Source: Phycisphaerae bacterium (GTDB taxonomy: Bacteria > Planctomycetota > Phycisphaerae > UBA1845). From it: a stretch of DNA of 64,000 nt. Shown piece by piece: positions 48,196 to 58,176 of the stretch; positions within the stretch are counted from its first letter, which is position 1; every line of letters begins with the position of its first letter. The DNA is taken from positions 128,001-192,000 of the forward strand of contig CAXXGO010000001.1 of NCBI GenBank assembly GCA_963666835.2, given 5' to 3'. The position numbers and the translations under genes were made by a program. The notes below the pieces were generated by a model that worked only from the letters and a program-made list of their open reading frames with translations, did no database searches and was not told the DNA's origin.

Positions 48196-48401
48196 ATCAG
48201 GCATTCTTCCGAGTGCTCCTGACGCGAATTATCATCCCAGACCGCGCGTTTCAATGCACGACACTCTGGTATATCGGCACCTCGCGGCGTCGGCGTACTA
48301 ATCGTCCGGGCGTTTTTTTGCCGCCGAACCGGCTGCCCCGCGAGCGCCGGATTACATGCAATATCGGACCGGCGGTGTTCGGGAATCCAGGCTATATGGC
48401 C

Positions 48402-48631
48402 GGGTGCCGGGTGCCATGGCCCACGCTTGCGTGGCCATTAAGGTCTGTCTGTAGGGAAGATGCCCGGGCTGCGCGAAGGCAGCGGCAGGTCTCGTACCTC
48501 GACCGTGCCCTACACCCGGGGTGCCGGGTGCCATGGCTCACGCTGCGTGGCCATGAAGGTCTGCCTGCAGGGAAGATGCCCGGGCTGCGCGAAGGCAGCG
48601 GCAGGTCTCGTACCTCGACCGTGCCCTACAC
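48402..48631 (+). repeat. 116-bp tandem duplication of a composite REP unit (family B + family A; BIME-like)
   Basis: Two near-identical units, each ending ...CTCGACCGTGCCCTACAC. Confidence 0.9.
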
Positions 48632-48717
48632 GCGCATGCGCCGCCCTGGCTATGCCACCGGCGTTATCCGACATACTGCGGGCAGGATGCCTGCGCTGCG
48701 CGATTATCGAAGCGGAG

Positions 48718-50199
48718 CTACGTCGATAGCAGGCAGGCCTCTTCCAGGTCGTGCTCGGTTTCTGATTCGCTCAAACCATTGCGGTGCGGGACACTCACGC
48801 GGGACGGCAAGCGCTCGATGCGCGCCAGGACTTGCTGAGCAACGCCTGTCCAGGTGAAGCACGCTCGGGCCTTCTGGGAACCGTACTTGGAGAGCTGACT
48901 GGTTACCCGAGAATGCTGGAGCACCGAACAGATCGCGTGGCCAAACGCCTCCGGATCAAATGGGTTGGCGTAGATGGCCTCCAACCCCCAGGCCACCTGT
49001 TCCCAGAGTCCGCCTTCGGTGGTTACCACCGTGGGCGTACCGCAGGCCATGGCTTCGACGGCCGTCATTCCGAACGGCTCGTATCGACTGCTCAGGGCAA
49101 AGACATCGGCAATCCGGTAGTAATCGGGCAACTCGGCTTCGGTTATGAAGTCACGGAAGATGATGCGATCGGCGATTCCGAGTTGTTTGGTCAGGTCTTT
49201 CAGTTCGCCGATCTGCTCGCGTTCGCGCTCGCTCGGATCAGTTGAGCCGATGGCCAGGACCAGCCGGGCATCTTTCACCCGGTCGAACACGGCCGGCATG
49301 GCCTTGATGAGCAGGTCATAGCCTTTGTTGTGGGCCATGCGACCAAGCGCCATAACGATAGGTCCTTCGAAGCCGTACTCCTGCTTGAGGGCCAGCCGGG
49401 ACGCCCGAGACACGGGGAAGAAACGAGTGTCATCGTAACCGGGCGGGATCACGTAGATCTTCTGTCGGGGAACGTCGTACTCGTTTCCGCAGAGAATGTC
49501 GCGCTGCTGCGAAGTGGTGGCGATTATGCCGTCGGCTTCGTCGAAGATGACAATCTCCTCGCGAATCCTCTTGCGGAAATTGTACTTGCGCTCGAGTACT
49601 TCGGGGTCTTCATCCATGTTGTCCCGCTTCCACGAACCGATGGAGTGCGGGGTGTGGACGTGGGGGATGCCCAGGCTATGAGCCAGGCTGCGACCGGCTA
49701 GTCCGGCGTCCCAGTAGTGACTGTTGATAAACGCGTAGCGCAATCGCCGTTTCTTGACAAACTGCTGCACGTTGGCGACCCATTCCGGGATGCTCTCGCA
49801 CAGGGTCTCTTTCGGGATGAACTCGTCTCCCCCGCAGGGGAACCGCAGCACCCTGACCCGCTCCGCCACTTTTTCGCTTTCAGGCTGGCCTTCGAACCGA
49901 CGTGTCAGAATGTCCACGTGGTAGCCCATCCGTCCGAGACACTTGCTCAGCTCCAGGACGTATACCACTTGACCGCCGGTGTCCGGCTTGCCCAGTTCCG
50001 GATCCGCTCCCACGTATCCGTGTGTGGAGATCATCATAATCCGCTGTCTGCTTGCCACGTCGGACCTCCTTGCTGAAGCTTCACCCTTCGCCAGGCGCGG
50101 TGGAACTTTCGAGTTGAGACCACCAAGCGGGTCATCGGAAGGGTTCGTGCCGCATACCTTACCAACCGGTATCGTTCGCCGAGTTTCGTTGCTGCTCAT
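48718..50199 (-). CDS. Mannosylfructose-phosphate synthase (MfpsA)-like GT4
   Basis: RIMMISTHGYV...DTGGQVVYVLEL, TRRFE.QP, FINSHYWDAG, HTPHS.G.WK, NKGYDLLI, YEPFGMTAVEAMACG. Confidence 0.85.
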   Translation of the reverse strand: MSSNETRRTIPVGKVCGTNPSDDPLGGLNSKVPPRLAKGEASARRSDVASRQRIMMISTHGYVGADPELGKPDTGGQVVYVLELSKCLGRMGYHVDILTRRFEGQPESEKVAERVRVLRFPCGGDEFIPKETLCESIPEWVANVQQFVKKRRLRYAFINSHYWDAGLAGRSLAHSLGIPHVHTPHSIGSWKRDNMDEDPEVLERKYNFRKRIREEIVIFDEADGIIATTSQQRDILCGNEYDVPRQKIYVIPPGYDDTRFFPVSRASRLALKQEYGFEGPIVMALGRMAHNKGYDLLIKAMPAVFDRVKDARLVLAIGSTDPSEREREQIGELKDLTKQLGIADRIIFRDFITEAELPDYYRIADVFALSSRYEPFGMTAVEAMACGTPTVVTTEGGLWEQVAWGLEAIYANPFDPEAFGHAICSVLQHSRVTSQLSKYGSQKARACFTWTGVAQQVLARIERLPSRVSVPHRNGLSESETEHDLEEACLLST

Positions 50200-50607
50200 A
50201 CTATAACGCGCCGATTTCAGACTGTAAACCAACAGGGGTCCGCTGCCCTCGTGGACTCGTCGGAAGGTCGTCCAGCCTGCCAACGAGCGTCACGTTGATG
50301 GCATACTGTCGAGTGAAAAGTACCCTTGGCTCTTGCAGGGCTCTCGTGAGAATACCGAGCGCCCGCCCATGCCATGGTTATCGGTCAACAATCAGGACGG
50401 ATCGAGTCCCGAGAGTATGTATCGCGAATGGGCGAACCGTGACGCTCCCACGCGAATGCCTGCCGAACGATAGGGTGGGCTTCACGTGCATCTGTAGCGG
50501 GCGCCATTGATCCGGTGCGCGGCGCGGTCCGCCCGGTTTTCCATCCCGCGTATCGTACGTTGACAGAAGTAGCGATGACTTCTTGCCTGTTATTGGGAAC
50601 GTCACCC

Positions 50608-51042
50608 ATGCCGGATCGGATAGTGCCGCCGCCGCCACCGCCGTTTGCTCCGATGTCGCCGCCGCCGCCCCCGTTTCCCGTCGAAGCGGTTCCCGTGGCG
50701 CGGCCTGTAAACGGTATTCAGGCAGGACCCCCGCAGCCGGTCCGAGGGCCCACGGAGCCGTTGGCGGTGTTTTCAGCAGTTTGCGGGCTCACGGCCGTGA
50801 TTCCGATCGTATCGCAGGTCGTCGGTCTGGTGCTCGGCGTGGTCAGTCTCGGGCGAATCCGCCGGGCGAAGAAGCATGGCGTCCAACTGTCCGGGATGGG
50901 ATGGACGATGACCGGGCTTATCAGCAGTGCCGCGGCGCTGGCCGGTTGGATCGGGTTTTTCGTCGTAATTGGGGTCCTGCAGGCGCACCTCTCCGAATCG
51001 GCCTCCGCCTTGAGCGAGTTGGCCCGGCACACCACGCCGTAA
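50608..51042 (+). CDS. DUF4190-type membrane protein with Pro-rich N-terminus
   Basis: LAVFSAVCG...GLVLGVVSLGRIRR...G.G..MTGLI. Confidence 0.7.
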   Translation: MPDRIVPPPPPPFAPMSPPPPPFPVEAVPVARPVNGIQAGPPQPVRGPTEPLAVFSAVCGLTAVIPIVSQVVGLVLGVVSLGRIRRAKKHGVQLSGMGWTMTGLISSAAALAGWIGFFVVIGVLQAHLSESASALSELARHTTP

Positions 51043-51112
51043 ACATCGGTCGCAGACTTTTGTGACGTTACAATGTCACTGTGAGTCGGCAGTTTCCCAC
51101 CGCTAAAGCGAT

Positions 51113-51350
51113 GAGCCACCCGACCGAGTCCCCCGCCTCTAAAGAGGCGGGCCGCCCGACCCGAGAGTGATGGGGCTCTGACACGTGGTGAACCGTCTCG
51201 TCAGGGACGCAGGCATGTAGCCACGGGTGGAGCGCAGCGGGACCCGTGGGGCGATTCTCCCCGCGCCTGCTCCCGTCCTGAAGGGCCGGAGGACGGCTAC
51301 CGACAGGGCGCGAAGACGGCGGCAGGTCTCGTACCTCGACCGTGCCCTAC
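51113..51350. repeat. REP-like palindrome cluster ending in a family A copy (51321-51350)
   Basis: cccgcctctaaagaggcggg; ccacgggt...acccgtgg; family A repeat. Confidence 0.65.
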
Positions 51351-51447
51351 AAGAAGTGACAATAAGGTGACATAGATGCCCGGCACGACGGGCAACGTTG
51401 CAGCAGGTCTTGCACTTCGACCCGATCGACCCTTACATGACAAACTG

Positions 51448-52839
51448 CTAGCGCGAGCGCATCCTGGCCGCGTCGCCGACTGTCTCTGAGAGGGTCGGAT
51501 GCGGATGGATAAGCCACTTGAGGTGTTCCATCGTGGCCCCGAGGCTCAGCGCCATCGCGCCTTCGGCGATCATCTCGCCCGCGTGGACGCCCGCCAGCCC
51601 CATCCCGATAAGGCGCTGCGAAGACTTCTCGAAGATCAGCTTGGTCACCCCGTCGGTACGTCCCAGTGCGACGGCTCTTCCGCACGCGGACCAGGGGATC
51701 TTCTTGATCGTAATCTCCAAACCTTCAGCCTTCGCCTCCGTCTCGGTGCAGCCCACCCAGGCTATTTCCGGATCGGTAAAGACCACTGCGGGGATGGCCT
51801 GCGGCGCCGGACACGGGTCGGCACCGGCGAGAACACTCGCGACAATCGCACCCTCGTGCTGCGCTTTGTGAGCCAGCATGGGATCACCGACAACATCGCC
51901 GATCGCATAGATCCCCGGCGCGGTGGTAGCGAACTGCGCATCCACGCTGATGAACCCCCGGTCGCCCACCTCGACCCCGGCCTTGTCCAACCCGAGGTCT
52001 TGAGAATTAGGCGAACGACCAACGGCCACAAGCACCTTGTCAAACGACAAAGCGTCCGGCGGGTTCTTGCCGTCGAACTCCACCTCCACCCGAGCTCCCG
52101 CATCCGTCATCTTCGTGACCCGGGTTTCGAGGCAAATCTGGGCGAAATCCTCCTTCAGCCGCTTCACCAGCGGGCGGGCGAGATCACCGTCCACGCCGGT
52201 AAGTAGCGCCGGCAGCATCTCCACTACCGTTACGCGCGAACCCAACCCGGCGTAAGCCTGGCCAAGCTCCAGCCCGATGTACCCGCCTCCGACTACCAGC
52301 AACGTCTCCGGAACGTCCTCGAGCTGCAGCGCCCCGTACGATGAAAGCACCCGAGGTGATTCCGGCTGGATCCCCTTGAGGACGAACGGGCGCGAGCCGG
52401 TAGCGATGATCGCACGCTGGAACCGAACCGGGCCGGGTTCGTCACCGTCGACTATCACCGTTCGATTGTCCTCGAACCGTGCCCGACCTCGCACGCGTTG
52501 AACTTTGTGCTTTTTGCACAGCGCGTCCAACCCGCCGGCCAGCTTCGCGACGACTTGTTTCTTCCATTCGCGGACTCGGTCGACGTCGATCCGAGGCGTC
52601 GCGAAAACTACCCCGTGTTCCTCGCTCTCGGACGCGGCCCGGATCGTATGGATCAAGGACAGATACGTCTTCGACGGAATACACCCGTGATGAAGGCACG
52701 TGCCGCCCAGGAACGGCGATTCTTCGGCGATGGTCGTCCGGAGCCCATGCTCGGCCGCGTGAAAGGCGGCATGATAACCACCGGGACCGCCCCCGATTAC
52801 GAGTACATCGGTATCCCGAACAGGCTGATCGTTACTCAC
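51448..52839 (-). CDS. lpdA: Dihydrolipoyl dehydrogenase
   Basis: GGGPGGY, GGTCLHHGCIPSK, GGGYIGLE, MLAHKA, HPHPTLSE; GTG start after AGGAAGGGAG. Confidence 0.93.
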   Translation of the reverse strand: MSNDQPVRDTDVLVIGGGPGGYHAAFHAAEHGLRTTIAEESPFLGGTCLHHGCIPSKTYLSLIHTIRAASESEEHGVVFATPRIDVDRVREWKKQVVAKLAGGLDALCKKHKVQRVRGRARFEDNRTVIVDGDEPGPVRFQRAIIATGSRPFVLKGIQPESPRVLSSYGALQLEDVPETLLVVGGGYIGLELGQAYAGLGSRVTVVEMLPALLTGVDGDLARPLVKRLKEDFAQICLETRVTKMTDAGARVEVEFDGKNPPDALSFDKVLVAVGRSPNSQDLGLDKAGVEVGDRGFISVDAQFATTAPGIYAIGDVVGDPMLAHKAQHEGAIVASVLAGADPCPAPQAIPAVVFTDPEIAWVGCTETEAKAEGLEITIKKIPWSACGRAVALGRTDGVTKLIFEKSSQRLIGMGLAGVHAGEMIAEGAMALSLGATMEHLKWLIHPHPTLSETVGDAARMRSR

Positions 52840-53158
52840 CGGTGAATCTCCCTTCCTGTCGTCAATCCATGCCGCGGCAATCGTGCGCCGCCGCCCGCCC
52901 GGCGAGAACATCTTCGCACCGAGCACCCGCCGCACAGAAGGCCCCAGTTTAGAGCGGCTCACCCGGGAAGAAAAGCCCGATTTCGGGGTCCGGCGCCGGT
53001 CCGTAGAGCGGGCCTCTGTGGGTGTCGATCGACTTGTTGACCCGTGGTATGATTCCGCCGCCGTCGTGACACTTACCGGTCACTCATGGTATGGCGTGCG
53101 AGTCATCGGCGACTCATGTAAAGGCTGCATTCCGTTGGACAATCCTCGCCGATCCGAC

Positions 53159-53398
53159 CTACAGGATATCATCGAGAACGTTGGACACCGGCTCATAGCG
53201 GCCGCAGTCGTTCTCCTCGTATAACAGTTGCTCCAGCACGTTGAGGTCATCGTAGGCCGACTGCGAGATCGTTTCCTCTCCGAAACAGTCGGACACAATC
53301 GGACCGACCAGCTCGCCCAACGGGCACCCTTGGAACATAATCGACCCCGTTCCCAGCAGCATCGCAAGCGCCGCGCCGCCTTTCCGTCTTCCACGCAT
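53159..53398 (-). CDS. Small lipoprotein
   Basis: MRGRRKGGAALAMLLGTGSIMFQGC signal; RBS GGAGGA. Confidence 0.55.
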   Translation of the reverse strand: MRGRRKGGAALAMLLGTGSIMFQGCPLGELVGPIVSDCFGEETISQSAYDDLNVLEQLLYEENDCGRYEPVSNVLDDIL

Positions 53399-53577
53399 GG
53401 ACAGTTCCTCCGCGTTCAAGCTGACCGACCCACAATGCCTTCCGGTTCACCCGAACTCGGAGGACGCGGCCGCGCAAGAAACACTCCGCGAGCTTGACGA
53501 CTGCGAATCATCATGTCAATCCCTGAGGGAAGCCGTTAGTGCGGTTTCTGGAATGGCTGGAAGACCATCCTCTTCCC

Positions 53578-55302
53578 TCAACCCGGGAATTGCAGGTCGA
53601 GGATCTGGAGTTCGACGGTCCGGCGGTTGTTGAAATCGTTGATGATCGGCTCAAACGCCACGCGGCAGCGGCGGTGTTGCTTGAGGTCTTCGGCATGCTC
53701 GCCCAGACCAAAGCCGATGCCCTTCAATACCGCCCCGTCCTGGCGGAACGTGGTCTGGAGGTGGTTCTGCTGACGGCCGACGCAGCGCGGCTCGGCGGCA
53801 AGGTCGACCCAGCCGGTGGCGAGTCTGGGTTTGGGGTTGCCCTGGCCGAACGGGCCCAGCCCGAGGATCGCTTCGGCGGTCGGGAGCGTCATTTCCGGCA
53901 GGTCCACCTCCGCATCGATTCGCAGCTTCGGAACCAGATCAGCCCCGGTGAGCCGGTTGTTGGCTACGTCGACGAACGCTTCCGTGAAAGCCTTGATGCG
54001 GTTCGCATCGATTCGCAAACCGGCCGCCATCGCATGTCCGCCGTGGGAAACGAGATGTTCGCTGCAGGCCTCCAGGGCGGAAGCCAAGTCGAAGTGCCTG
54101 ATACTACGCCCGGAGCCCTGCCCTTCGCCGTTGTTCAACGAAATGAGGATTGTCGGACGCTGATATCGATCGACAACCCGGGCGGCAACGATTCCGATGA
54201 CTCCGGCGTGCCAGGATTCAGATGCCAGAACAATGGCACGGCGAGCATCACTGGCCAAACCGTCGCGTTCCACTATCTCGTGAACCTGCCGGGCGATCTT
54301 CCGCTCCGTTGCCTGGCGTGATCGATTATGCTCTTCGAGGTACAGGGCGATTTCGCGGGCGCGGTCCGGATCGGCGCGGGTGAACAGCTCGACGGCTAAG
54401 CGGGCGTGGCCCATCCGCCCGGCCGCGTTGATGCGCGGGGCCAGCTTGAAGCCGACGTCATACCCGCTGACCTTCTCGCCGGTCAGCCCGACGGCATCCA
54501 TCAGCGCAACCAGCCCCGGTAGCCTCGGTTCGGTCAACGCCTCCAGACCGTGCCGCGCGATAATGCGGTTCTCGCCGCGCAGGGGGACCACATCCGCAAT
54601 CGTCCCGAGGGCGACCAGCGGCAACATATCGAGCATGAGAACGCGCAGCTCCGGCGTCACTCGTTCGGCGCCGCTGAGCAGTTGGGCTATTGCCCACGAC
54701 AGTTTAAAGGCGACCCCCGCACCGCATAGGTCCGGATTGGGGTAAGAGCCGTCAAGCGCCGGGTGGACGATCCCGTCGGCTTCGGGCACGCGCTCCTGCG
54801 GCAGGTGATGGTCCGTGATAATGAGCTTGACGCCGCGCCGGCGCAGAATCCGAGCCTCGTCCACGGCTGTGATCCCGCAATCGACGGTGATGATCATCCC
54901 GGCGCCGTCGTCCGCGATCCGCTCGACTGCCTCGCGGTTCAGGCCGTACCCTTCGTCGATCCGGTGGGGCACGTAAAAGGAAACCTCGGCTCCGGCGAGG
55001 CGAAGGGTATGCCAGATAATCGCAAGCCCGGTAATGCCGTCTACGTCATAGTCGCCATAAATGACTATCTTGTCGTTGGCCCGGACAGCCTCGACGATGG
55101 CCGCCGCCGCCTGAGCGGTCCCCGGCAGGAGATTCGGCGGATACAGGTCCTTCATCTGCGGCGTAAGGAATTCCCGGCATTGTTCATCCGCGGATATCCC
55201 GCGGTTAAGCAACAGTTGGGCGACGATCGAGGGTACTCCCCACCGACGGGCGGACGCCTCTTGCTGCGGCGATCGCGTGGAAATCAGCCAGTGCTTCCCC
55301 AT
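53578..55302 (-). CDS. recJ: Single-stranded-DNA exonuclease RecJ
   Basis: GDYDVDG, VDCG, TDHH, GTIADVVPL, PRINAAGR, GGHAMAAG; start MGKHW. Confidence 0.96.
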   Translation of the reverse strand: MGKHWLISTRSPQQEASARRWGVPSIVAQLLLNRGISADEQCREFLTPQMKDLYPPNLLPGTAQAAAAIVEAVRANDKIVIYGDYDVDGITGLAIIWHTLRLAGAEVSFYVPHRIDEGYGLNREAVERIADDGAGMIITVDCGITAVDEARILRRRGVKLIITDHHLPQERVPEADGIVHPALDGSYPNPDLCGAGVAFKLSWAIAQLLSGAERVTPELRVLMLDMLPLVALGTIADVVPLRGENRIIARHGLEALTEPRLPGLVALMDAVGLTGEKVSGYDVGFKLAPRINAAGRMGHARLAVELFTRADPDRAREIALYLEEHNRSRQATERKIARQVHEIVERDGLASDARRAIVLASESWHAGVIGIVAARVVDRYQRPTILISLNNGEGQGSGRSIRHFDLASALEACSEHLVSHGGHAMAAGLRIDANRIKAFTEAFVDVANNRLTGADLVPKLRIDAEVDLPEMTLPTAEAILGLGPFGQGNPKPRLATGWVDLAAEPRCVGRQQNHLQTTFRQDGAVLKGIGFGLGEHAEDLKQHRRCRVAFEPIINDFNNRRTVELQILDLQFPG

Positions 55303-55543
55303 GTTGTCCCTTCGTGCGCGGGTCCGTCGATCGTGGCGACGACGACCAGCGGAGTCTACAGTTGAACTGATCGGTGGTAAAGCGGTTGTCGGATTTCGTC
55401 GATTGTTGAGTTCGGCGTGGTCGTTGCGTTCGGGGCAACCGCCGGGCTCTTGATTGCCCAAGTGGACCTCTCTATACTCAGGCAACTGGGACGCTGACAT
55501 CCCCAGGAAGCACCCCAAGTATGGGGATCTAGGAGACAACATC

Positions 55544-55942
55544 TTGTCGACGGCACTTGATGGAAAGAGTATTCTGATTGTCGATGACGATCCGGACATG
55601 GTCACGGCGATTCGCGCGGTGCTCGGTGATACCGGCGCTACTCTCGAGACGGCCATGGACGGTAATGCGGCTATCGAGAAGGCTTCGGAATGTGACCCTG
55701 ATCTGGTCGTGCTGGACGCCATGCTCCCCAAAAGGAGCGGGTTCCTGGTACTCGAGAAGCTTAAGGGACCGCGGAAGAAGAAGGGTGAGAGGCCTTTGGT
55801 CGTGATGATAACAGGCAATGCCGGGAAGCGCCATCAGGTCTGGGCCCAAAGCCTCGGCGTGGACGGATATCTCACCAAGCCGTTCCGAATGGAACGCCTC
55901 GTAGAATCGGTCGAGAACCTGCTGACGACCAGCGCCGACTGA
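55544..55942 (+). CDS. Single-domain response regulator
   Basis: ILIVDDD, VLDAMLPKRSG, MITGN, KPF; TTG start after AGGAG. Confidence 0.85.
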   Translation: MSTALDGKSILIVDDDPDMVTAIRAVLGDTGATLETAMDGNAAIEKASECDPDLVVLDAMLPKRSGFLVLEKLKGPRKKKGERPLVVMITGNAGKRHQVWAQSLGVDGYLTKPFRMERLVESVENLLTTSAD

Positions 55943-56083
55943 CTAATGCGACAATAGCCAACGGCCGGTCTGCGGTGGACGCCGAATTGCGATTCGGGGT
56001 CCACCGTAGCCGGGCGTTTTCTTTTCCACTCCCGACCTGCGAAAAGCTCGGTCGGTTTCTGCCTTGGTAACACCGGGTGACTG

Positions 56084-56851
56084 TCAATTGGGCGATGCAT
56101 CCTGCGCCGCCCCGGCCAGGGCTCGTGCGTTCTCGAGGATTATCTGGGTCATATGCCCCACAGCCCGGCGGCGCTGGTCCATCTCCATATACACGTCCTT
56201 AAGAGCGAAACGAATTGCGGTACGCGACCCCAGTTCGTCCACTTGCCCGAGGAGCTTCTCCAGAGCTTCGGCGGCACCTTCCGGGTCGTCGTTCATCAAG
56301 TACAGCTCCACGATAGCCTGGGTGGCCATCATGACCGCCTCCTGTGATCCGAAAGCCACATCCCGCCAGTTCGTAACATACTCGAGCCGGTCAGTCATTC
56401 GCACCAGCTCTCGCCGTTCCATTTGGCGCTCTCGCTCCATAATCAGACGTTCTATTTCGAATTCATGGCGTTCGATCCCATTCTCCAACTGGGTCAACTT
56501 CCGGGACACGCCTTCTATTTCGTCCAAGCGCCCGTCTGAGACTATAGCCTGCCTGATAACGCGAAGCTCGAGCTGTTCGGAACGCAAATCGTACAGCTCG
56601 TCCTGCAGGCGTTCGAGCTTCTTCTCAAGCTCCTCTTGAGCGACTTTCTCTTCCAGTTCCGTGCGGATCTGGTCTTCATAACGCTCACGAGTGGCTTGCT
56701 GCATCTCCTGCTCACGATGTTCGCGGGCTCTACGAATCTCCCGTTCGCGGGGGTCTGCCCTGTCGGGTTGGTCAGCCCAACTCGACGCCACAGGCACCGC
56801 AACCAGGCACAACATCATCGTAACGGTAATAGCTCTGAGGGTCGGGATCAT
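56084..56851 (-). CDS. Exported coiled-coil protein with C-terminal TPR-like helices
   Basis: Signal peptide, E/R-rich coiled coil; third gene of the ECF locus. Confidence 0.65.
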   Translation of the reverse strand: MIPTLRAITVTMMLCLVAVPVASSWADQPDRADPREREIRRAREHREQEMQQATRERYEDQIRTELEEKVAQEELEKKLERLQDELYDLRSEQLELRVIRQAIVSDGRLDEIEGVSRKLTQLENGIERHEFEIERLIMERERQMERRELVRMTDRLEYVTNWRDVAFGSQEAVMMATQAIVELYLMNDDPEGAAEALEKLLGQVDELGSRTAIRFALKDVYMEMDQRRRAVGHMTQIILENARALAGAAQDASPN

Positions 56852-57410
56852 GCGTTTCTCTCCTATGTTCAATCACAAGACTCGGGGTTCGGTAACGTAG
56901 CCGGGAGGTTTTCGTCCCGGATGGATGGGCGAAAGAGGGTAGCGATGGTACGCGAGCGGCGGCCACCCCGGACGCTCGGTTCCTCGCGGCGTTTCCGGGG
57001 CAGATTAGCGGCGTTTTCGAATAACCGACGAAACTAAAGGCACCCGCCACTGTCTGAGGTCCACCGAGTACCGGAGGAATCGCCTCAGGCGTTTCCGGGG
57101 CAGGTCGCCACACCGCTATCAGCAAAGCCAAGCCGGCCGCCGTTGCTAACCCGGTCCGTGCCCAGAAACTGCTCCGCCGCCGGCGCGGTGGGGCCGCCGC
57201 TTCGGTCGGCGAAAAGACAAACGGCGGAACAACGCTGTCGTAGGTTCGGCGAAGGGCCTGAAGCCCCAGTCCGAGTCGTTCCAGTTCGACGGCTTGATTC
57301 GCGCACGAGGGGCAGTGTTGCAGATGGTCGGCCACGCGCTGTTCGTCACGCTCATCGAGTTTTTGACCGAGTCTCTCGGCCAGGAGTGTGGTACATTCAG
57401 CGCAGTCCAT
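56772..57410 (-). CDS. Anti-sigma factor (zf-HC2)
   Basis: MDC..C...HLQHCPSC, then a TM helix. Confidence 0.75.
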   Translation of the reverse strand: MDCAECTTLLAERLGQKLDERDEQRVADHLQHCPSCANQAVELERLGLGLQALRRTYDSVVPPFVFSPTEAAAPPRRRRSSFWARTGLATAAGLALLIAVWRPAPETPEAIPPVLGGPQTVAGAFSFVGYSKTPLICPGNAARNRASGVAAARVPSLPSFAHPSGTKTSRLRYRTPSLVIEHRRETHDPDPQSYYRYDDVVPGCGACGVELG

Positions 57411-57990
57411 CGGAAGCCTCCCTTGACGTTACGTTGGCCTGCAGGTTGGCGATCGCCTTGTGCAGGTTGCTCTTGACGGTTCCCTGCGGACATCCGAGGG
57501 TCTCCGCGGTATCCCGCGTCGACATCCCCACCAAAAAACGCAGCACCGTCACTTCGCGTTGCCGGTCGGGCAGCGCGTTTATGGCTGCATGAAGAAGCAA
57601 CTGCGGCAGCTCCGGCGGTCCGTGCGATCGGATCTGCGGTTCAACGGCGGCAAGTTCACCGGTCCACTCGACGGGCCTGTGCCGACCGGTCTCCCGGCAG
57701 ACTCGCACCGCGAAACCCGCCGCCCAAGTCCACCACGATACTCCGCTCCGGCGGTCCGCTCGGCGAGCCCACGCTCGTGTTAACGACTCCTGGGCGGCAT
57801 CACTCGCTCGATCCGCGCTGCCCAAAAGGGCCAGGCACAGCCGGTAGACCCGAGCTGAGAGGTCGGCGAAATCAGGCAACTCAAAGTCGCTTTGTCTTTC
57901 CACCTTAGGTCCCGCCGCTGCTTCCCGTTTGTTAATGCGAGTCCGAACGGATTGGTTCACCTCGGGCTCGGCAGAGCAGCCGAGAGCCAC
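57397..57990 (-). CDS. ECF sigma-70 factor (start uncertain)
   Basis: ASDAAQE, LPDRQREVTVLRF, ETLGCPQGTVKSNLHKA. Confidence 0.85.
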   Translation of the reverse strand: MALGCSAEPEVNQSVRTRINKREAAAGPKVERQSDFELPDFADLSARVYRLCLALLGSADRASDAAQESLTRAWARRADRRSGVSWWTWAAGFAVRVCRETGRHRPVEWTGELAAVEPQIRSHGPPELPQLLLHAAINALPDRQREVTVLRFLVGMSTRDTAETLGCPQGTVKSNLHKAIANLQANVTSREASDGLR

Positions 57991-58176
57991 GCAAGTTCCG
58001 GAAACTGCCTGGGTTAAGAACCTACTAACTTAGCCGGCCCGGATCCTCACCCGTATGAAGGCCGTGCGCGTCAGTACCGCCGCGGATTAAGCCGACATAG
58101 AATCGGAGCACGATAACCCGGATTGTGCGCCGGGGGCAGTGTTACTGAAGAAGCACCCTATCGAGAGGTCCGGTCA

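Noticed and set aside
48402..48631. CRISPR array
   Set aside because: Only two units, the intervening sequences are near-identical, and there are no cas genes; better explained as REP/BIME.
55303..55818. 172-aa N-terminal extension of RecJ
   Set aside because: It is antisense to a genuine response regulator; RecJ similarity begins at MGKHW.
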